Shown here: piece after piece, positions 9,601 to 21,358 of the stretch
How positions within the stretch are numbered: position 1 is the first letter of the stretch
How the letters are laid out: each line of letters starts with the position of its first letter
DNA from: an uncultured Gemmatimonadaceae bacterium
GTDB lineage: Bacteria > Gemmatimonadota > Gemmatimonadetes > Gemmatimonadales > Gemmatimonadaceae
Assembly: GCA_963781585.1 (NCBI GenBank)
Contig: CAWAGQ010000011.1
Location: 352,001-416,000, forward strand
Length of the DNA stretch: 64,000 nucleotides
Reading direction: 5' to 3'
Made by a program: the position numbers and the translations under genes
Notes under the pieces: generated by a model
What the model saw: only the letters and a program-made list of their open reading frames with translations
Told to the model about the DNA's origin: nothing
The model's database searches: none

Positions 9601-9919
9601 TCCCGGCGACGTCGTCATCGTCCCGTTTCCCTTCACCGATCGCCAGGCCGCGAAGCGCAGACCGGCGGTGGTCTGTTCGTCCAGCGCGTTCAATCGCCAG
9701 GCGGTCCACCTGGTTCTCGCGATGATCACGACCGCCACGCACTCGTCCTGGCCCGACGATGTGCCCGTCCGTGATCTCGGGGCCGCCGGCTTGCCGGCGG
9801 CGTCGGTCGTGCGCTGGAAGCTCTTTACGCTCGATGCATCGCTTGTCCTGCGCACGGCAGGTGCACTCTCCCCGCAGGATCGCACCGCGTGCCGCAAGCA
9901 CCACCCGGTGCGGTTCTGA
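9587..9919 (+). CDS. PemK/MazF family endoribonuclease toxin
   Basis: GDVVIVPFPFTD..KRRPAVV..LAMITT..GLPAASVVR. Confidence 0.9.
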   Translation: MPDYSPGDVVIVPFPFTDRQAAKRRPAVVCSSSAFNRQAVHLVLAMITTATHSSWPDDVPVRDLGAAGLPAASVVRWKLFTLDASLVLRTAGALSPQDRTACRKHHPVRF

Positions 9920-9997
9920 CTTCTGACCACAGACCTCTAACCACAGACCTCTGACCACAGACCTCAGACGCCTGACGCCTGGCCTCCGACCTCCGAC
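9914..9997. repeat. Degenerate heptamer array (12 units, NNCNGAC)
   Basis: TTCTGAC TTCTGAC CACAGAC CTCTAAC CACAGAC CTCTGAC CACAGAC CTCAGAC GCCTGAC GCCTGGC CTCCGAC CTCCGAC in register. Confidence 0.9.
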
Positions 9998-10060
9998 CTC
10001 CCGACGGTGTACCACTCCCCGGCTTGTCACCTGTCCGGAGCCCACTGAACGTTCGTCGCA

Positions 10061-11329
10061 ATGACAATGCATGGCAGAACCGCAAGACCCCACTCCACGG
10101 CGCTCGCCTCCCTGAGCGCAACAGTCCTCGCCGTGGCGTGTGCATCAGGTGGCAGCGCTCCACCGCAGAGCATCACGCGCGTTCCGATCGCCTACGAGCA
10201 GCCGCTCCCGCCCCTCGCGCCCCTCGAGGCGCACCTGCGGCTGGCCGGATCCGAGAGCACGTGGGTGGCGCAGGGCCCCGGCTTCGAGCTGCGAGCGCGA
10301 TCCAGGCCCGACATGCCGCGTCTCAACACCACCCTCCAGCAACTCGCCGAGGTCCATGGCCGCGCCTTCGGCTCCGACCCCGCTCTGGTCATCGTCACGA
10401 TTAGACGCCTCTCGCGCGAGGGGCAGACGGTGGTGCCGGCGCCGACGGTCACCTCAACAACCGAACCGGTGGTCGAGGTGACGGTCGGCCCCGCCGGCGA
10501 TCCGGTCGACGAGGCGACCCTCAGGATGGGACTGCGGGAGGCAGAAGCCCGCGGTGGAGAGGCGGACCGCTCGGGTCGCGGCGGCGCCAACCGCGGCCAG
10601 GGGCTCGGCGGCGTCAACGGGATCGGCGCTCCCGGTACCCGGCGTTCCTCCGGCGTGACGCGCCCGGCCGCGTTAGGCACCGTGGCACGCGTCGAGCGCG
10701 CGTGGCTCTCGGCGCGCGCCACGGCGCTCACGGGCACGCCCGCCACAGACGATCAGCGCGCCGGACTCGACCAGGATCCGCGCGTCCCGGCATGGGCTGA
10801 AGAGGCCATTGCGTCGCTGGCGGCGGACTCGCAGACGGTGAATTACCTGGCCGCCCGGCTCGCGCCGCAGATCGACAGTCTGTACCCGCTCGAGCGACTG
10901 TTAACCATGCGGCGACCCGCCGAACCCCGGCCGGTGATCGCGACCCAGGGCGCCGACTCGGCTGGCCGGCGCGGAGGCGCGGCCGACGGCGGCGCCGGGC
11001 GCCGGGGCGGCATGGAGGGCCGTCGCGCTGGCGGAGGGGGCGGGGGCGGGGGCGGATTCGGTTACGGGAGCTTTGGCGTGACCCTTCGCGGCGCGGCGCT
11101 CTTCGACGCGGAGGCCGAGGCCGTGGGGCAGTACCTCGCATCGCGCGAGGGCCCCCGGATCATCGGCGCGATGGTGGACAGCCAGATCATGGGCAAGCCG
11201 GCGGTGTCGGCGTTGGCCGGCGCCAGAATGCTCCCGGCCCAGCTGCCGGCGCTCGAGGCGCAGTGGCAGAAGTGGCTCGACTATCGCGCGCGCGGCACGT
11301 CAGGCGGCGGCCCCACCAGAATGCGCTGA
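10061..11329 (+). CDS. Hypothetical lipoprotein with Gly/Arg-rich segments
   Basis: Lipobox-like LAVAC; long ORF with GC3 bias; function not recognised. Confidence 0.6.
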   Translation: MTMHGRTARPHSTALASLSATVLAVACASGGSAPPQSITRVPIAYEQPLPPLAPLEAHLRLAGSESTWVAQGPGFELRARSRPDMPRLNTTLQQLAEVHGRAFGSDPALVIVTIRRLSREGQTVVPAPTVTSTTEPVVEVTVGPAGDPVDEATLRMGLREAEARGGEADRSGRGGANRGQGLGGVNGIGAPGTRRSSGVTRPAALGTVARVERAWLSARATALTGTPATDDQRAGLDQDPRVPAWAEEAIASLAADSQTVNYLAARLAPQIDSLYPLERLLTMRRPAEPRPVIATQGADSAGRRGGAADGGAGRRGGMEGRRAGGGGGGGGGFGYGSFGVTLRGAALFDAEAEAVGQYLASREGPRIIGAMVDSQIMGKPAVSALAGARMLPAQLPALEAQWQKWLDYRARGTSGGGPTRMR

Positions 11330-11622
11330 CCCTCCACGCGCACCGTGTACGCCACCGCGGCCTGCTCGGCGGGACCGCGGCGCACCGCACCCGTGTGGCA
11401 GTCGAAGCGCGCCCCGTGCCAGACACACTCCAGCGTCCCATCGGGGAGCACTTCGCCCGCCGACAACGGCATGCCCTGGTGCGGGCATTCGTCCAGAAAC
11501 GCGCTGATCTCGTCGCCGTAGCGAACCAGGCAGACCCGTTCTCCCGAGGGGAGTTCCGCCGGGTACACGCCGTCGCCAGGCAGATCGTCGAGGGTGGCGA
11601 CCGGTTGCAGCGCCTCGATCAT
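11281..11622 (-). CDS. Rieske [2Fe-2S] ferredoxin (suf-associated)
   Basis: CPH...CVWH Rieske ligands, GARFD; last gene of the suf operon. Confidence 0.9.
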   Translation of the reverse strand: MIEALQPVATLDDLPGDGVYPAELPSGERVCLVRYGDEISAFLDECPHQGMPLSAGEVLPDGTLECVWHGARFDCHTGAVRRGPAEQAAVAYTVRVEGQRILVGPPPDVPRAR

Positions 11623-12125
11623 GGTTCCTGACGCAGCGCCGACCGCAGCGCGTGCCACGCCAGGCTCGCGCACTTGACCCGGATCGGGAAACGCGCCACC
11701 CCGGCGAACGCCCGCAGGGAACCTAACGAGGCGTCGGGTGCCGTCGGCGTCGCCGCTTCACCGCCGCGCGGCTCGCGCGCCGGTGGAGCGGCCGCCCCGG
11801 GCGCCAGCGCCGATCCCGGCTCCCGGGCGCCGCTCCCGGTGACCAGCGCGTGGAACCGTTCGAACAGCGCCTCCGCCTCGCCGCGCGTCTTCCCCTTCAC
11901 CGCCTGGGTCATCATCGACGCCGACGCCTTGGAGATGGCGCACCCTTCCCCGGTGAACCTGACGTCGCGGATCCGGTCGCCGTCCAGGTCCACGTACAGC
12001 GTGAGACGGTCGCCGCACAGCGGATTGTGCCCCTCCACGCGGCGCGCGCCAGGCAACTCGCCCCAGTTCCGCGGCGCGCGGTTGTGGTCCAGGATGACCT
12101 CGGCGTACAGCCCGTCGAGCTCCAT
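11619..12125 (-). CDS. sufU: SufU/NifU-family Fe-S assembly protein
   Basis: LYAEVILDH, GHNPLCGD, GCAISKASAS, RVKCASLAWH; Ala/Pro-rich loop insertion. Confidence 0.93.
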   Translation of the reverse strand: MELDGLYAEVILDHNRAPRNWGELPGARRVEGHNPLCGDRLTLYVDLDGDRIRDVRFTGEGCAISKASASMMTQAVKGKTRGEAEALFERFHALVTGSGAREPGSALAPGAAAPPAREPRGGEAATPTAPDASLGSLRAFAGVARFPIRVKCASLAWHALRSALRQEP

Positions 12126-12127
12126 CG

Positions 12128-13501
12128 TCAGGCAAAGAGCGCGCGCACGCGATGCAGCGCGCGCACCAGCGCGTCCACCTCGTGGCGCGTGTTGTACAGA
12201 TAGAACGACGCGCGGGCCGTGGCCGGAACGCCGAACCGCCGCATCAGCGGCTGGGCGCAGTGATGTCCGGCGCGGATGGCGATGCCGTCGCTGTCGAGCA
12301 CTGTCGCCACGTCGTGCGGATGGACGCCCTCCAGCACGAAGCTCAGCACGCCGGTCTTCTCCGGCGCGGTCCCGATCAGCCGGACCCCGTCCACCTCGTG
12401 CACCTGTTCGGTGGCGTAGCTGAGAAGGTCGTGTTCGTGGGCCGCAACCGCGGCGCGGTCCACGCGCTCCAGATATTCGATCGCCTGCCGGAACGCCACG
12501 ACCGACGCGATGTCGGGCGTCCCCGCTTCGAACTTCGCCGGCAGCCGGGCGTACGTGGTACGCTCGAACGTCACCGTGTCGATCATGTCGCCGCCCCCCT
12601 GCCACGGCGGAAGGCGGTCCAGCCACGTCTCCTTCCCGTAGAGCACCCCGGTGCCGGTGGGGCCCAGCATCTTGTGCGCCGAGAAGGCGAGGAAGTCGCA
12701 GTCCACGTCGCGCACGTCGACCGCGATGTGCGGGGCCGCCTGGGCCGCGTCGAGCAGCACCGGAATCCCGCGGTCGTGCGCCAGCGCCACGATCCGCCGC
12801 ACCGGGTTGATCGTGCCTAACGCGTTGGAGACCCAGGTCAGCGCCACCAGCCTGGTGCGTGGCCCCAGCAGGCGCTCGTACGCCGCCAGGTCGAGCGAGC
12901 CGTCGTCGCTCACCGGCACCGGGCGCAGCACCGCCCCGGTCCGTCCGGCCATCAATTGCCAGGGCACGATGTTCGAGTGATGCTCCATCTCCGATATCAC
13001 AATCTCGTCGCCCTCTCCCACGCCGGTCTGGCCGAACGTCGCCGCCACCAGGTTGATCGCCTCGGTGGTGTTGCGCGTGAAGACGATCTCGTGGGCATGG
13101 CGCGCGTTGACGAACCGGCGCACCGCTTCACGCGTGGCGTCGTACAGCTCGGTGGCGCGCTCACTCAGATAGTGCACGCCGCGATGGATGTTGCCGTTCT
13201 CTTCCTCGTAGAATCGTCGCACGGCGTCGATCACGACCCGCGGTTTCTGGCTGGTGGCCGCGCTGTCGAGGTAGACCAGCGGCTTGCCGCGCGGCGTCGT
13301 GGCCAGGATCGGGAAGTCGGCGCGCAGCCGTTCGACATCGAGCGCCGGGGAGACCGAAACGCCGCGCCCCGCCATGCCGGCAGTCACCGCAACCCCACCC
13401 CCGGCCGCCGGCCCGCCGGCAGTCGCGGCGGCACCGGTCATTCGCGAATCGGCGCCGCCCCCGTCCGGGGCCACTGTCTCGCTACGCGATCCCTGATCCA
13501 T
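12128..13501 (-). CDS. sufS: Cysteine desulfurase SufS (start uncertain)
   Basis: LVYLDSAATSQKP, MEHHSN, SAHKMLGP, RAGHHCAQP. Confidence 0.95.
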   Translation of the reverse strand: MDQGSRSETVAPDGGGADSRMTGAAATAGGPAAGGGVAVTAGMAGRGVSVSPALDVERLRADFPILATTPRGKPLVYLDSAATSQKPRVVIDAVRRFYEEENGNIHRGVHYLSERATELYDATREAVRRFVNARHAHEIVFTRNTTEAINLVAATFGQTGVGEGDEIVISEMEHHSNIVPWQLMAGRTGAVLRPVPVSDDGSLDLAAYERLLGPRTRLVALTWVSNALGTINPVRRIVALAHDRGIPVLLDAAQAAPHIAVDVRDVDCDFLAFSAHKMLGPTGTGVLYGKETWLDRLPPWQGGGDMIDTVTFERTTYARLPAKFEAGTPDIASVVAFRQAIEYLERVDRAAVAAHEHDLLSYATEQVHEVDGVRLIGTAPEKTGVLSFVLEGVHPHDVATVLDSDGIAIRAGHHCAQPLMRRFGVPATARASFYLYNTRHEVDALVRALHRVRALFA

Positions 13502-13507
13502 GCCGAC

Positions 13508-14833
13508 TCACGGGCGCCCGGCGCCCACCGCTCCCACGAAACGCCGCAGCGTCAGTCCCTCCAGCTCCACCTTGAGCGCCTCCTGCGGAATGGTCTCGAG
13601 CACCTCGGCGGCGAACGCGTAGGTGAGGAGCCGGCGCGCCTCGGCGGTGGGGATGCCGCGGCTTTTCATGTAGAACAGCGCGGTCTCGTCGATCCGCCCG
13701 ACCGTGGCCCCGTGCGTGCACTTCACGTCGTCCGCGAAGATCTCGAGCTGCGGCTTGGTGTCGATCCGCGCGCGCTCCGACAGCAGCAGCGTGTTGTTGG
13801 TCTGCTTGCCGTCCGTCTTCTGCGCCTCGGGGTGCACGTACACCTTGCCGTTGAACACGCCGTGCGATTCGCCGTCGAGGATGCCCTTGTAGAGCTCGCG
13901 GCTGTAGCAGTTCTCGGCGATGTGCTCGATCCGCGTCTGATGGTCGGAGTGCTGGTGTGCGTCGAGCATGTACAGCCCGTTGAGCGTCGCGCCACACCCC
14001 TCGCCCGCCAGCGCGGTGAAGATGTTGGTGCGCGACAGCGACCCCCCGGCCGCGAACGAGAACGAGACGAAGTGCGAGTCACGCTCCTGGTGCGCGGCCA
14101 CCGTCCCCACGTGGAACGCGCGCTGTCCCTCGCGCTGCAGCCGGAAGTGCTGCAGCGTGGCGCCGGCGGCCACCGAGATCTCGGTCACCGCGTTGGTCAG
14201 GTAGGCGGCGTCGCCTGACGAGACGTACTGCTCCACCAGCGTGGCCTGGGCGTTCGGCTCCACGATCACCAGCGTCCGCGGATGGCTCACCCCGCCGGCG
14301 CCCGCGTCGTCGGTCACGAACAGCAGATGAATCGGCGCTCCCGGCGCGGCGTCGCGGGCCACGTGAACCAGCGCCCCCTCGGTCATGAACGCCGTGTTGA
14401 GCGCGGTGAACACCAGCGCCGGATCGTCGAACGATGCGACCCGCGTCAGATGGCGCTCCAGCAGCGTCGGCTCCTCGCGCAGCGCCCCGGCCAGGCTCAT
14501 CACCCGCACCCCGGGTCCGATGCCCTCCACCCGCGACAGCGCCGGTGCGTAGCGCCCGTTCACGAACACCAGCCGCGGCCACGCGTCGGCGTCCACCAGG
14601 TACGGCGCCAGCTGCGCAGCGCCGATCGATCCGTTCGCCGGACGCATCGGTCCGAACGTCGCCTCGGCGATCGGAGCCGGACTGGTGAAGTGCCAGTCCT
14701 CGTTCTTCATCGTCGGGAACCCGAATTCGGCGAAGCGTTCCATCGCCTCGCGCCGTCGCGGCGCCAGCCACGTCGGCCCGCCGCCGTTCTCACCCGGCAG
14801 CATCGCGAACTGCTCAACGTACGCGGTGGTCAC
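13508..14833 (-). CDS. sufD: Fe-S cluster assembly protein SufD
   Basis: FPTMKNEDWHFT, AQKTDGKQ, KPQLEIFADDVKCTHGAT. Confidence 0.95.
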   Translation of the reverse strand: MTTAYVEQFAMLPGENGGGPTWLAPRRREAMERFAEFGFPTMKNEDWHFTSPAPIAEATFGPMRPANGSIGAAQLAPYLVDADAWPRLVFVNGRYAPALSRVEGIGPGVRVMSLAGALREEPTLLERHLTRVASFDDPALVFTALNTAFMTEGALVHVARDAAPGAPIHLLFVTDDAGAGGVSHPRTLVIVEPNAQATLVEQYVSSGDAAYLTNAVTEISVAAGATLQHFRLQREGQRAFHVGTVAAHQERDSHFVSFSFAAGGSLSRTNIFTALAGEGCGATLNGLYMLDAHQHSDHQTRIEHIAENCYSRELYKGILDGESHGVFNGKVYVHPEAQKTDGKQTNNTLLLSERARIDTKPQLEIFADDVKCTHGATVGRIDETALFYMKSRGIPTAEARRLLTYAFAAEVLETIPQEALKVELEGLTLRRFVGAVGAGRP

Positions 14834-14834
14834 G

Positions 14835-15596
<762 letters not shown>

Positions 15597-15609
15597 GGTA
15601 GTCGGGAAT

Positions 15610-15770
15610 CAGTGGTCAGCTATCAGCGTTCGGCTATCAAATCGGTCAAGCAGTTACCAGCTATCAGTTGTCAGCGATCAAGTAGAGCGAGCAGGTTACC
15701 AGCTGTCAGCCTTCAGCTATCAAGCAGAGCGAGCAGTCAACAGCAGTCGGCCGTCAGTTTTCAGCCGTAA
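15610..15770. repeat. Degenerate heptamer array (TCAGCNN-type) inside the suf operon
   Basis: Repeated tcagcta/ccagcta/tcagttg/tcagcga units and duplicated agagcgagcag between sufB and sufC. Confidence 0.7.
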
Positions 15771-15797
15771 GTGTTCATCACCGGCAAGCAGCGCCGT

Positions 15798-17227
<1,430 letters not shown>

Positions 17228-17231
<4 letters not shown>

Positions 17232-17974
17232 GCCTGTGTCCTGTGCTGTTCGTTCCCCCGACCGTCCCCACCCACCCCATCGGGTGCGGACGCGCCGGAC
17301 GATGCCTGACCCGGCGCTACCTGAACCAGCTCGGGTCCGCTGGACGGGATGCAGTACTCGCAGCAGTTCGCCCCCTTGGCGATGTGCGTCTGGCGCGTCA
17401 CCGGCGCGCCGAGGACGTCGCTGATGAACCGCTCCTCGGCGTCGCACACTTCGGGAAACCGCTGCGCGACGACACGGATGGCGCAGTTGTGCTCCGTCAG
17501 GGTCGTCGGTTCACCCGCCCGCAGCTCCGCCATGTATCCGAGCGACGTGAGCAGCGTCGCCAGCCGCTCGGCGCGCGCCGCGATCGGCAGCTGCGCCAGG
17601 TCGGCACGCGTCTCATCCGCGATCTGCTCCCACCGATGGCGAAAGAGCTCGACCACACCCGCCTCACCTGCCTGTGCGCGCACGAGCTCGAGCACTTCCG
17701 ACAGCGCCCTGTCGTAGGCCCGCGGGAAGAGCGCCTCGCCCGACTCGGTGAGGGAGAAGGCGAATACCGGACCGCCCACACCCCGGATCTCGCGGCGATA
17801 CCGGACCGCACCCTCGAGCTCAAGCTCCTTCAGGTGTCTCCTGAGGGCATTCGGTGTCACCCCGATGATCGAGGCAAGCTCTCTTGTGGTAAGGGTTTGC
17901 GACTTCTTCAACGCGAGCAGGATCTGGCCCCGCGTTCCCCTGTACCCGGCTGGCAATCCGGCTGATGTCGTCAC
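17228..17974 (-). CDS. sufR: SufR-like HTH Fe-S-sensing transcriptional regulator
   Basis: N-terminal wHTH, FPRAY, C-terminal HNCAI..EVC..CCEY cysteines; first gene of suf operon. Confidence 0.85.
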
Positions 17975-17980
17975 GAACGG

Positions 17981-18020
17981 ACTATAGCGAGATTCGCCAA
18001 ATTCTTCAACGAAAGTGTTT
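17981..18020 (-). promoter_or_regulatory. Sigma70-type leaderless suf promoter with candidate SufR site
   Basis: Minus strand TTGAAG-17nt-TATAGT-6nt-GTG start; CAAC-N6-GTTT at 18007-18020 overlaps the -35. Confidence 0.7.
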
Positions 18021-18081
18021 GCGAATTCGCCCGCGCAGGTCGTCAGCCACTCGTCACTCAGGCCGGCTCTCGGCCGGTCGA

Positions 18082-20727
18082 CTATTCGTGTCGGAGCGCC
18101 ACCAGTGGATCGACCCGAGTCGCCCGGCGTGCGGGCACCCAGCAGGCGGCAAGGGAGACCGCGACGAGGACGAACGTGATCGCTGCCAGCGTCGACGGGT
18201 CCGTCGGGGCCACTCCGAACAGCAGTCCGCGGAGCAGTCGCGTGACCATGAGTGAGACGGCAACCCCGGCAACCACGCCGATGCTGATGAGCGCGAGTCC
18301 CTGGCCGATGACCATGCGGACGATCTGGGCAGGTCGCGCGCCGAGTGAAATCCGCATCCCGATCTCGTGGGTGCGCCGAGTGACGGAATACGAGACGAGC
18401 CCGTACAGCCCGACCGCCGCGAGCGCGACTCCCAGCAACGCGAACGAGGCGATCAGCAACGTATAGAAGCGCGGTTGCGCGATCGAATCCGAGACGACGG
18501 CGGTGAGCGGGCGCTCTCTCGTGATGGGAGCGTTCGCATCGACTTCGCGAAGCCGGGCGTGGACGGCCGGGAGGACTTGTGCCGGGTCGCCGACGGTGCG
18601 CACGACGATGTCCATGTACTCCATGCCGAACTGCAGGAACGGAAAGTAGACGTCGGGCTCGACGTCATCGCGCACGCCGAATTGCTTCACGTCGTCGACC
18701 ACGCCGGCGATGGTCGCGATGCGCTCGGAGGCGCTGCCGACCTGCACCGTCACCGTGCGCCCGGTTGCGCGCTGCCCACCGAGGAACTGCCTGACGAACG
18801 CGTGGTTCACGACGACCACCGGCGGTGCGCCGGCGACGTCTTCCGGCGAGATCCCGCGCCCGTCGCGCACGTGCGCCCCGATCGCCTCGAAGTAGCGATC
18901 GCTCACGATGGAGATGTAGGCTCGTTGCGTATCCGCGGGAGTGACAGGCGCGTGACCCTGGAGCCACACGGGTGCATAAATGAACGCGCCGTTGAGCGGC
19001 GCTGCGGTGGCCACCGCCGCGTCGCGCACGCCGGGTACGCCCGACAGTTCACGCACGATCCGCGAGTAGTACACCCGGCCGCTGACGCCCCCCGGGAGCT
19101 CGTCGAACGCTGGGGCCAGGGTGATGACCGCGGCATGCCCGGGATCGAAGCCGAGGGCGACGCGCTGCATCCTGGCGAAGCTGTTGATCATGAGGCCGGC
19201 GCCGGACAAGAGGGCGACCGCCAGCGCCATTTGCACGATGACGAGCAGCGCGCGCGCCCCTGGACGACGGAGACTCGCGCCGCCGGAACCGCGGTCCGAC
19301 GCGCCCTCACGCAGCGCGCGACTGAGGTCGACCCCGGCGAGCCGGAACGCGGGAGCGAGCCCCGACAGCAGGCTGACGGCGATCGTGGCGACGGCGGTGA
19401 AGGCCAGGACGCGCCAGTCGATCGAGAGATCAGGGAGCCGCGGGATATCGGGCGGCGGCTGCGCCGCGATCAGCCGGACGCTCCACCACGCCAGCAGCAG
19501 GCCGACGGCGCCGCCAACCAGCGCCAGGAGGCCGCTCTCGGTGAGCAACTGTCGCAGGAGCCGCGGCATGCTCGCCCCGATCGCGGAACGCACCGCCACT
19601 TCGCGCTGTCGCGATGCCGCCCGGGCAAGGAAGAGGTTCGCGACGTTGGCACACGCGATGAGGAGGACGAACCCGACGGCACCGAACAGCACCCAGAGTG
19701 ACGACTTCACGTTTCCAACCAACGCGTCATACATGCTCGCGACGGCGCTTCCCCATCCCGCGTGCGACGCCGGGTCTTCGACGGCGAGTTGCGCCTGGAC
19801 ATCGGCCAGCTCGCGGGCCGCGTCCCGTTCGCCGACTCCCGGGCGCAGGCGCGCGACGACGCTGAGCCAGCGCAGGGAGGCGCGCCGCTGGTCGTTTCGC
19901 AGCGGGACCCAGAAGTCCGCCCCGTCACGGATGCCCACGAGGTCCGCCACCACCCCGACCACGGTGAATGGCCGGCGCTGAAGGAGGGCGATGGTGCGTC
20001 CGAGGGCGGCAGAATCGCCGCCAAACCGCCGCATCCAGAAGGCGTGACTGAGAATCACCACGTCCGGCGCGGTCATCTCCGCGTCGTCGTCCGTGAAATC
20101 GCGGCCGCGCTCCAGGCGGACGCCCAGGCTGCGGAATAGGTTCGGCGTGATCGCGGCGCCGACGAGCTCCTCGGGCTCGACGCCACCGGTGTCGGTCGAT
20201 GTCTCGCGCGCCCACGCGGCGATCGCCTCGAACGAGTGCGTGCGTGCGCGCCAGGCGGCGAGGGTGGAGCCGGTGGTCACGATACGCGATCCCGGGAACG
20301 CCACGCGGCTTTCCCACAGACGCACGAGGCGGCCGGGGTCGCGGTACGGCAGCGAGCGGAGCAGCACCGTGTTCACGACGCTGAACACGGCCGTGTTCGC
20401 GCCGATGCCGAGGGCGAGCGTGCCGATCACGACCGCGGCGAAGACGGGGTTCCGGCGCAATGTGCGGAGGCCGTAGCGGACGTCGCGCGCGGCGTTCTCG
20501 ACCGACGCCTCCCATCCGCCGCCGCGCACGCGCTCCTTCACGTTTTCGACCCCGCCCATGGCCAGGCGCGCGGCGCGCAGCGCCTCGTCAGGCGCCAGCC
20601 CGGCCCGTTCGTGTTCGCGGGCCGCCATCGCGACGAAGTGCGCCACCTCGTCGTCGAGGTCGCGCTCGTGGCCCGAGCGGCGCAGGAGTCGGCGCAGTCC
20701 GGCGGCAAACGATCGGACGACGCTCAC
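18082..20727 (-). CDS. Duplicated MacB/FtsX-type ABC permease (ADOP family)
   Basis: DLDDEVAHF, RDVRYGLRTL, TLALGIGANTAVFS, LLIACANVANL, RTHEIGMRISLGA, VDPLVALRHE. Confidence 0.93.
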   Translation of the reverse strand: MSVVRSFAAGLRRLLRRSGHERDLDDEVAHFVAMAAREHERAGLAPDEALRAARLAMGGVENVKERVRGGGWEASVENAARDVRYGLRTLRRNPVFAAVVIGTLALGIGANTAVFSVVNTVLLRSLPYRDPGRLVRLWESRVAFPGSRIVTTGSTLAAWRARTHSFEAIAAWARETSTDTGGVEPEELVGAAITPNLFRSLGVRLERGRDFTDDDAEMTAPDVVILSHAFWMRRFGGDSAALGRTIALLQRRPFTVVGVVADLVGIRDGADFWVPLRNDQRRASLRWLSVVARLRPGVGERDAARELADVQAQLAVEDPASHAGWGSAVASMYDALVGNVKSSLWVLFGAVGFVLLIACANVANLFLARAASRQREVAVRSAIGASMPRLLRQLLTESGLLALVGGAVGLLLAWWSVRLIAAQPPPDIPRLPDLSIDWRVLAFTAVATIAVSLLSGLAPAFRLAGVDLSRALREGASDRGSGGASLRRPGARALLVIVQMALAVALLSGAGLMINSFARMQRVALGFDPGHAAVITLAPAFDELPGGVSGRVYYSRIVRELSGVPGVRDAAVATAAPLNGAFIYAPVWLQGHAPVTPADTQRAYISIVSDRYFEAIGAHVRDGRGISPEDVAGAPPVVVVNHAFVRQFLGGQRATGRTVTVQVGSASERIATIAGVVDDVKQFGVRDDVEPDVYFPFLQFGMEYMDIVVRTVGDPAQVLPAVHARLREVDANAPITRERPLTAVVSDSIAQPRFYTLLIASFALLGVALAAVGLYGLVSYSVTRRTHEIGMRISLGARPAQIVRMVIGQGLALISIGVVAGVAVSLMVTRLLRGLLFGVAPTDPSTLAAITFVLVAVSLAACWVPARRATRVDPLVALRHE

Positions 20728-20728
20728 C

Positions 20729-21073
20729 TCACGCCCGTGCCTCGAGCAGGCGCGCGATCGCGGCTGCGCGCCGCTCCCAGTCACGCGTTTCCGCCACGAG
20801 CCGCTTCTGCCCCTTCTTCGTCAGCGAGTAGTACTTCGCGCGCCGGTTGTTCTCGGTGGGGCGCCACTCGGCGGCGAGCAGTCCCTCGCGCTCGAGGCGC
20901 TGGAAGGCGAGGAGGAGGGAGCCGGGATTCACCTTGAAGACGCCGCGGGTGATCTGCTCGACGCGCCGCGAGATGCCGAACCCGTGCATCGGCGCCAGCG
21001 AGAGCGTCTTGAGGATCAGAAGGTCGAGCGTGCCCTGGATGACGTCGGTGGTCGACTGAGGGTCTGGGGGCAT
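20729..21073 (-). CDS. PadR-family transcriptional regulator (ADOP-associated)
   Basis: QGTLDLLILKTL..MHGFGI..GSL..ENNRRAKYYSLT. Confidence 0.93.
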   Translation of the reverse strand: MPPDPQSTTDVIQGTLDLLILKTLSLAPMHGFGISRRVEQITRGVFKVNPGSLLLAFQRLEREGLLAAEWRPTENNRRAKYYSLTKKGQKRLVAETRDWERRAAAIARLLEARA

Positions 21074-21085
21074 GGTCTTTCGCGA

Positions 21086-21225
<140 letters not shown>

Positions 21226-21232
21226 CCAGCGT

Positions 21233-21282
21233 TTCCTATTGGCCGCCAAGATGAGGGTCGACCAGTTGGCGGTCAAGAGGAA
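21233..21282. promoter_or_regulatory. 17-bp inverted repeat, candidate PadR operator
   Basis: TTCCTATTGGCCGCCAA ... TTGGCGGTCAAGAGGAA (15/17 complementary) upstream of padR. Confidence 0.5.
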
Positions 21283-21358
21283 GGTGACGAGCCGTCCGAC
21301 GTGCCGGCGGACGCTGTCGGCGGACGGCTGTTTGCTGTCCGGCTCGACTTGTGCGCTG

